Source: an uncultured Candidatus Rokubacteria bacterium (lineage in GTDB: Bacteria; Methylomirabilota; Methylomirabilia; Rokubacteriales; DASRDR01). Taken from it: 64,000 nt of DNA. Positions 57,540-64,000 of the stretch are shown in pieces. The stretch is taken from contig CAWDVE010000009.1 in the NCBI GenBank assembly GCA_963805625.1, positions 8,031 to 72,030 of the forward strand, given 5' to 3'. The position numbers and the translations under genes were made by a program. The first letter of the stretch is position 1. Each line of letters begins with the position of its first letter. The notes below the pieces were generated by a model that ran no database searches, was not told the origin of the DNA, and saw only the letters and a list, made by a program, of their open reading frames with translations.

Positions 57540-58370
57540 TCATTCGAAGAGCGCCACCGTCATCGCGGTGGTCATCGGCAGGTAGTAGTTCTGGTGCACC
57601 TTGCGCATGCCAGGCTCCAGCGCGCCGCGCATGATGAGCCACATGATCACCTCCGCGCCCTCGTTGCCGCCCAGGCGCATGTAGTCCTCCAATGTCATCG
57701 CGGCGAGGCGCTCCGGGTCGCGATCGATGAGGTCGAGGAACTCGAGGTCCCAGGCTTCGTTGTTGAAGCCCGCGCGGTCTCCGATCATCTGGTGCGAGAG
57801 CCCGCCGGTACCCACCATCGCGACCTTCAGGTCCCCGGGATAGGAGCGAATCGCCCTGCCCAAGGCCTGGCCGAGCTTGTAGCAGCGCCGGGGCGTCGGC
57901 AGCGGCTGCTGGAAGACATTGATGACGAGGGGCACGATACGGCCGGGCCAGTCGGGCTGCGACGGCCACATCACGGTGAGCGGCGAATGCAGGCCGTGGT
58001 CGAGCGCGAGCCCCTGGAAGATGGACAGGTCGAACTCGTCGGCCACCAGCGAGCGCGCGACGTGCCGCGCCAGGCCGGCGTGTCCCTTGAGCGGCGGGAT
58101 CTTGCGTGGGCCGAGGCCCTCGTCGGCGATGGCGTACTCCTCACTCACGCCGAGCGCGAACGTCGGGTAGTGGTCGAAGAAGAACGTCGTCGCGTGGTCG
58201 TTGAAGCAGAAGAAGAGCACGTCGGGCTTCTTCTCGGCCAGCCACTTCGCCACCGCCTCGTAGCCCTTGAAGAGCGGCGCCCAGTCAGGGTCGTTCTGCT
58301 TGCCCTTGTCGAACGCCATGCCGATGGTGGGCACGTGCGAGGTGCCGATGCCGCCGATGATGCGTGCCAT
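57540..58370 (-). CDS. ligB: Class III extradiol dioxygenase LigB-type subunit, gallate dioxygenase (GalA/DesB)-like
   Basis: MARIIGGIGTSHVPTI, FNDHATTFF, ADEG.G.R, LDHG..SPL, GTGGLSHQ, EGAEVIMWL.MRGAL. Confidence 0.88.
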   Translation of the reverse strand: MARIIGGIGTSHVPTIGMAFDKGKQNDPDWAPLFKGYEAVAKWLAEKKPDVLFFCFNDHATTFFFDHYPTFALGVSEEYAIADEGLGPRKIPPLKGHAGLARHVARSLVADEFDLSIFQGLALDHGLHSPLTVMWPSQPDWPGRIVPLVINVFQQPLPTPRRCYKLGQALGRAIRSYPGDLKVAMVGTGGLSHQMIGDRAGFNNEAWDLEFLDLIDRDPERLAAMTLEDYMRLGGNEGAEVIMWLIMRGALEPGMRKVHQNYYLPMTTAMTVALFE

Positions 58371-58374
58371 GTCT

Positions 58375-58521
58375 CTAGAAGCCGTAGAGCCTTGCGGGAT
58401 TGTCCACCAGGATTTTGTACTGCAATTCCGGTTCGGGCGCCATAAGCGCGAAGACATCCACCAGGTCGCCGTTGGGCATGTGCTTGACGTTGGGATGGAA
58501 CGTAAGCGCGCCCAAACGCAC
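58375..58521 (-). pseudogene. 3' remnant of a LigI-like amidohydrolase (2-pyrone-4,6-dicarboxylate lactonase)
   Basis: Read from the reverse strand: ..FHPNVKHMPNGDLVD..LQYKILVDNPARLYGF*; the stop lies 4 nt before the ligB ATG. Confidence 0.7.
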
Positions 58522-58800
58522 TCTTGCTCATCGCGCGCCCTCGGCCCCCCCGCCCTGAGCGCCTCCCCGGCCGGCCGGTGCCCACCATAGCTACTCCGTT
58601 CGCCGCCATCCTTCGGTATAGTGGTTGCTCGACACGGCGTTCATCGGATTGCCGTGCCCGAAGAAGATCGCCGGCAGTCAGCCACGAGTGCGCGCGCCTT
58701 GGCTCAGAACCCGAGTTGTTTCATATCCGCAATCGTCCCAGGAATAGCATTCTCAACCATCCGATCTTCGCGACGCCGAGTCCTCACGAGGAGCCGGCGG

Positions 58801-60874
58801 TCACACTGCCCGTCCCCGAACGGGCAACATCCCGGTCCCCAGAGCGGGTGCGGGCGGGAGCCCCGTGACCTCGAGGATCTCCTGCTCGTTGAGGGTCTCC
58901 CGCGACAGCAAGGCCTCGGCGAGCGCGTCGAGCTGCTTGCGGTGGGCGCTGAGGAGACGCCGAGCCTCCTCGTGGCTCTCGCCGATGATCTTGAGCACCT
59001 CGGCGTCGATGGCTTCCGCAGTCGCCTCGCTGAACGGTCTCGCGCCTCCGTAACCGCCGGAGCCGCCCAGGTAAGGGTTCTCCCGGGGCGCGAGCTGCAC
59101 CAGGCCGACCCGCTCGCTCATGCCCCAGCGCGTGACCATGCGGCGGGCCAGGCCGGTGGCCTGCTCGATATCGCTTTCGGCCCCGGTGGTCTTGGTGCCG
59201 TAGACGATCTCCTCGGCCGCGCGGCCTCCCAGCATCCCGACGATCCTCGCGCGCAGATAGGCCTCCGGATAGTTGTAGCGGTCGCTGTCGGGACGCTGAT
59301 AGGTCACGCCGAGGGCCTGCCCGCGCGGCACGATCGTCACCCGGTTCACCGGGTCGGCGCCGGGCACCACCAGCCCCAGGATGGCGTGTCCGCCCTCGTG
59401 GTAGGCGATGCGTTCCTTGTCGGCGCGGCTCAAGAGGAGCGGGCGCTCGGGGCCGAGCACGATCTTCTCCAGCGCGTCCAGGAAGTCCTTGTGGCGGACC
59501 TCGTTCTGCTCGCGCCGGGCCGCCAGCAGCGCCGCCTCGTTGACCAGGTTCTTCAGATCGGCGCCCGAGAGCCCCGGCGTCGCGGCGGCCAGCTCTCCCA
59601 GGCTGACGTCGCTCGCGAGCGGCACGCGGCGGGTGTGGACCTTGAGGATCGCCTCGCGCCCGGTCTTGTCCGGGAGGTTGACCACCACGCGCCGGTCGAA
59701 GCGTCCGGGCCGCAGGAGCGCCTTGTCGAGCACGTCCGGCTGGTTGGTCGCCGCCAGCACGATGATGCCCTCCCGGCTGGAGAAGCCGTCCATCTCGGTC
59801 AGGATCTGGTTCAAGGTCTGCTCCTGCTCGCTCGAGCCCCCGATCGCCACCTGCCCCCGCGCGCGACCGATGGCGTCCAGCTCGTCGATGAAGATGATCG
59901 CCGGCGCGTGCTCGCGCGCCTGCTTGAAGAGGTCCCGCACCCGCGCCGCCCCCACTCCCACGATCATCTCCACGAACTCCGAGCCGCTCATCGAGAAGAA
60001 CGGCACCCCCGCCTCTCCCGCGACCGCTCTCGCCAGCAGGGTCTTTCCCGTTCCCGGCGCGCCGACCAGCAGCACGCCTTTCGGAGCGGTTCCGCCCAGG
60101 CGCGTGTACTTCGGGGGGTCCCTGAGGAAATCCACGATCTCGACCAGCTCGTTCTCGGCTTCGTCGATGCCGGCGACGTCGTCGAAGGTGACCTTCGTGT
60201 CCTTCTCCTGGTCGTAGCGGCGCGCCTTGCTCTTGCCGATGCCCATGAGCCCGCCCCCCAGGCCGCCGCCCTGCTGCGCCGCCCGCCGGAACATCCAGAT
60301 GTAGAAGCCGATGAAGAGCAGGCCCGGGCCAAATGCGAAGAGGAGCGTCGCCCACGGGCTACCGTCTTCCTCGATCGGTTTGGCGCTGATCTCGACGCCG
60401 TGATCGATCAGAAATGCTTCCAGACCGGGTCCTACGAAGGAGGGAAGCGTGGTCGTGAAGGAGCTCACCGCCTTCGGGACTTCGCGCGGCGGCGCCCCGC
60501 GCCCGCTCCCTGCGGTGGGCTCGCCTTTGGGCGCCGCGGTCGTCTCACCGGCCGGCGGGTAGGTGACGGCAGCCTTGAAGCGGCCCGTGAGGGTGTCGCC
60601 CCGGCTGTAGATCGCCTGGACGTTACCCTTCCCGACCTCCTCCTTGAACAGGGTATAGGGCACGGTGACCGGGGCTTCCGGGCCCGGCATCAGCAGCCTC
60701 ACCAGCCAGAAATTCGCGAGCCAAGATGAGCAAGAGCCAGAGCCAGGTCCGGCCTGGCGGCATCTTCGGCAGCCCGGGCCCCTTCTCGGCTCCAGGTCGC
60801 GTGGGGGCCGGCTGGACCTGCCTGGCCAGCGTGGAGTCGCTGTTGCGTCCCTTCTCCTGCGCCGCCAAGTTCAT
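58801..60874 (-). pseudogene. ftsH: ATP-dependent zinc metalloprotease FtsH, frameshifted near the 5' end
   Basis: [36 protein letters not shown]. The N-terminus (RBS GGAAGGAG, ..WLWLLLIL) is in a different frame; removing one base at about 60721 restores [14 protein letters not shown]. Confidence 0.85.
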
Positions 60875-61039
60875 GATCATCTCCTTCCGCGTGCCTCGGG
60901 ACGCACCTGGTCAGCGCTTCCGGTCGAGGTCGAGATTTGACACCGCCAGCGTCGGGTACGTAGTCAAAGGTACTCCAATGCGCTGAACCTGTCCCACCGG
61001 CACATGGCCGGTGGCGAGGAGTAGACATCACGCCGAGGC

Positions 61040-61221
61040 GCGAGATGCACGTAGCGAAGACCCCGCGGGCCGAGAGCCGCGCGGAGCGAGTCGCCGTTGA
61101 ACTGGGGGTTGTGCCGCGAGCGGGGCATGGTCCGGATGTCCGCCAGCACGGAGACGTCGAACGCGCGAAGTAGCGTGACCAGCTCCTCGAACGTTCGGGT
61201 CGAGTAGCCGATAGTGTAGAT
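61040..61221 (-). pseudogene. DUF488 family 5' fragment
   Basis: [33 protein letters not shown]...LRYVHL, after which similarity ends. Confidence 0.75.
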
Positions 61222-61249
61222 CCGAGCCCCTCTCCAGCTGTTCGGGCGG

Positions 61250-61327
61250 CAGCACCTGGAGCAGCACGTTGAAGACGTCCGGATGCGCCTTCTCGATCTC
61301 GTCCAGCAGGATCACCGCGTAGGGCAG
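61250..61327 (-). pseudogene. ClpB/ClpC NBD2 fragment (26 codons)
   Basis: [26 protein letters not shown], the Clp Walker B region, standing alone. Confidence 0.8.
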
Positions 61328-61538
61328 ATCTCGTCTCGGGGCGTATGTCCTCGAGGAGCTCCTGCATGGCTTGACCTTCGCCCTCTGCGGGTCGAGCATG
61401 GACGAGTATCTCGCCCGGCTCGAACTCACAGGCTCGGCGGACGCGCGTGCCTTCGGGGCGAAGCGCGGCCCATGAAGGGCGGGGAGAGGATCCCATGAGG
61501 CGCGTCCCTCGGGCTGCCATCCACGCAGTCCATCCCTG

Positions 61539-62771
61539 ATGGCAGTGCTGGCTTTCAACTGCGGGAGCTCCTCTGTCAAGTTCGGGCTGTTCCATGTCGG
61601 CCCCGACGACGCCGCGGGTGGCCGCCGCCCGCAGGCGCTCGCCCGTGGCCAGGTGGACGGCCTTTCCACCGGGGACGTCACCGTCCGCCTCCGGATCGGC
61701 GAGCGAGTCGAAGAGGCGCGGGTCCCGCTCGATGGGTACGAGGCGGCGGTTCGGCACGTGCTGGCCCGGCTGGCCGCGGGCGAGCGATCGGGCCTGCCCC
61801 CGATCGCGACGGTAGGGCACCGGGTCGTCCACGGCGCGGACCGGTTCCGTCATCCGGTCCTGATCGACGACGCGGTGGTGGCCGGGCTCGAGGCGCTGGA
61901 GGAGCTGGCGCCCCTCCACAACCGGCCGAGCCTGGCGGGAATCCGGGCGGCGCGGGCGACGCTCGGGCCGCGCGTACCGATGGTGGCCGTCTTCGACACG
62001 GCCTTCCACGCGAGCCTCCCGGATCACGCCTCGACCTACGCCATCCCCCGCGAGCTCGCGGACCGGCACAGCATCCGCCGCTTCGGCTTCCACGGGCTCT
62101 CCTACCAGTCCGTGCTCGCCCGATACGCCGAGATGACGGAGACGCCCGAGGAGGCGGCCACGCTCGTCGCGCTTCATCTCGGCAATGGGTGCTCGGCCGC
62201 GGCCATCAAGGAGGGTCGCTCCGTCGACACCTCGATGGGGTTCACGCCGCTCGAAGGCCTGGTGATGGGCACCCGCGCGGGCGACCTGGACCCCGCGATC
62301 GTCGAATACCTGACTCGGCGCGAGGCCGTGCCGGTGAACACGGTCAGCGAGTGGCTCAATTCCCGCTCGGGCCTGCTCGGCATCTCCGGCCTCAGCTCCG
62401 ACATGCGCGAGTTGCTCGCGCGCGAGGGAGACCATCCCGGCGCGCGCCTGGCCATCGCCGTCTTCTGCTATCGCGCGCGAAAGTACATCGGGGCGTATGT
62501 GGCCGCCCTGGGCGGCGTCCGGGCCGTGGTCTTCACGGGCGGAATCGGGGAGCACTCGCCGGAGATTCGCGCCCGCATCTGCGCCGGGATGGACTGGTGC
62601 GGCCTCCGGCTCGACCCCGCGCGGAACGCCGCTGCCGTCGGTGCGGAGGGCTGCGTCAGCCCCCCGGACGCGGCGCTCAAGGCCTACGTCATCGCCGCCG
62701 ACGAGGAACCGGTCATCGCGCGAGAGACCGTCGCGTGCGTCGCGCGATCGACGGACGTCCCTCGAAGGTAA
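61539..62771 (+). CDS. ackA: Acetate/propionate kinase
   Basis: [65 protein letters not shown]. Confidence 0.95.
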   Translation: MAVLAFNCGSSSVKFGLFHVGPDDAAGGRRPQALARGQVDGLSTGDVTVRLRIGERVEEARVPLDGYEAAVRHVLARLAAGERSGLPPIATVGHRVVHGADRFRHPVLIDDAVVAGLEALEELAPLHNRPSLAGIRAARATLGPRVPMVAVFDTAFHASLPDHASTYAIPRELADRHSIRRFGFHGLSYQSVLARYAEMTETPEEAATLVALHLGNGCSAAAIKEGRSVDTSMGFTPLEGLVMGTRAGDLDPAIVEYLTRREAVPVNTVSEWLNSRSGLLGISGLSSDMRELLAREGDHPGARLAIAVFCYRARKYIGAYVAALGGVRAVVFTGGIGEHSPEIRARICAGMDWCGLRLDPARNAAAVGAEGCVSPPDAALKAYVIAADEEPVIARETVACVARSTDVPRR

Positions 62772-62975
62772 GGAGCACGAGCGATTGGGCGGGGAGAATC
62801 AGAGTTGGACGTGTTGGTCACGACCGGGTCGCGCTGGACCGGTCGACTGGACGCTCCGAGGCATGAGGCCGGCACCTGGATTGCGGGTGTCGGCCCCCAG
62901 GGTGTGTACGACGAGCTCCATGCCCGCGCGGCTCGTCAAGTCCCCGGTCACCGCCGTGGGCGCGAGGAGGGCGTG

Positions 62976-64000
62976 ATGGAGGGACCGCTGTCGGCCGCCG
63001 AGCTGAACGCGATCGACGCCTGCTGGCGCGCGGCGAACTACCTGTCGGTCGGCCAGATCTATCTCCTGGCCAATCCGCTGCTCCGGGAGCCGTTGCAGGT
63101 GTCACACATCAAACCACGGCTGCTCGGGCACTGGGGCACGACGCCGGGACTGAACTTCATCTACGCGCACCTGAATCGCGTGATCAAGCGGGACGGCCTG
63201 GACATGATCTACATCTGCGGTCCGGGCCACGGCGGGCCGGCCATGGTCGCCAGCACGTATCTCGAGGGGAGCTACAGCGAGCGGTATCCCAACGTGTCGC
63301 TGGACGAGGACGGGATGCGGCGGCTGTTCCGCCAGTTCTCCTTCCCCGGTGGGATCCCGAGCCACGCGGCGCCGGAGACCCCGGGGTCGATCCACGAGGG
63401 GGGTGAGCTCGGGTACGCCTTGGCCCATGCCTACGGCGCGGCGTTCGACAATCCGGAGCTGATCGTGGCCTGCGTCGTGGGCGATGGGGAGGCGGAGACG
63501 GGCCCACTGGCGACCGCGTGGCACTCGAACAAATTCCTCAACCCCGTCACCGACGGGGCGGTGCTCCCGGTCCTGCACCTGAACGGCTACAAGATCGCCA
63601 ACCCCACGATCCTCGCCCGCATTCCGCGGGACGAACTGGACCACCTCCTGGCCGGCTACGGCTACACGCCCCACTGGGTCGAGGGCTCCGAGCCCGCCGC
63701 GATGCACCAGCAGATGGCCGCGACGCTCGACGCCGTCCTCGCTGAGATCCGAGCGATCCAGCGTGAGGCGCGCATCACCGGGACCGCGACGCGTCCCCGC
63801 TGGCCGATGATCGTGCTCAAGACATTGAAGGGCTGGACCGGGCCCAAAGAGGTCGACGGCCAGCCGACCGAGGGATCATGGCGCTCGCACCAGGTGCCGA
63901 TGGCCGACTTCACTGGGCACCCGGCGCATCTCCAGGCACTGGAGGCCTGGATGCGAAGCTACCGGCCCGAGGCGCTGTTCGACGAGCAGGGGGCGCCGAT
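62976..64000 (+). CDS. xfp: Xylulose-5-phosphate/fructose-6-phosphate phosphoketolase (runs off the window)
   Basis: [54 protein letters not shown]; GAGGAGG RBS. Confidence 0.95.
   Translation, partial: MEGPLSAAELNAIDACWRAANYLSVGQIYLLANPLLREPLQVSHIKPRLLGHWGTTPGLNFIYAHLNRVIKRDGLDMIYICGPGHGGPAMVASTYLEGSYSERYPNVSLDEDGMRRLFRQFSFPGGIPSHAAPETPGSIHEGGELGYALAHAYGAAFDNPELIVACVVGDGEAETGPLATAWHSNKFLNPVTDGAVLPVLHLNGYKIANPTILARIPRDELDHLLAGYGYTPHWVEGSEPAAMHQQMAATLDAVLAEIRAIQREARITGTATRPRWPMIVLKTLKGWTGPKEVDGQPTEGSWRSHQVPMADFTGHPAHLQALEAWMRSYRPEALFDEQGAP

Noticed and set aside
54594-58624. GTATAGTGG present on both sides of the lig/gal cassette, a possible target-site duplication
   Set aside because: The core is a -10 hexamer that also occurs before ttuB; the copies are not at the apparent cassette edges; no transposon ends.
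60945-61010. Faint resemblance to a flavin-disulfide reductase C-terminus (GGT..TFDY..PTLA)
   Set aside because: Needs frameshifts and is too short to support.
1-64000. CRISPR arrays, tRNA/rRNA genes, transposases, prophage genes
   Set aside because: None seen by eye; a tRNAscan or CRISPR scan would be needed to exclude them formally.

Overview
High-GC bacterial chromosome segment. Gene content and codon style resemble Candidatus Rokubacteria/Methylomirabilota, but that assignment is inference. Most genes lie on the minus strand. Contents in order: partial etfB; a hypothetical gene; a lipoprotein; a ~190-nt rod-shaped RNA candidate; DUF4126; trpD; a six-GAF hybrid kinase; a liv-type ABC transporter; acyl-CoA catabolic genes; apt; a carbohydrate ABC cluster; a UvrD helicase-nuclease; ilvE, kdgK and thiolase; mrr; ttuBA; an aromatic-degradation region; frameshifted ftsH; ackA and partial xfp. 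The standout locus is an operon joining a 4-hydroxybenzoyl-CoA-reductase-like molybdoenzyme (hcrCAB) to the O2-dependent benzoyl-CoA epoxidase genes boxCB. It has no boxA, and the presumed catalytic Glu of HcrA reads Gln. Next to it is a foreign-looking split gallate-dioxygenase/ligK/ligJ cassette. Also notable are a 27-aa desulforedoxin-like peptide, several mini-ORFs coupled at both ends inside operons, and several abruptly deleted gene remnants. No tRNA, rRNA, CRISPR array or transposase was seen. All product calls come from motif recognition by eye; no database search was run.
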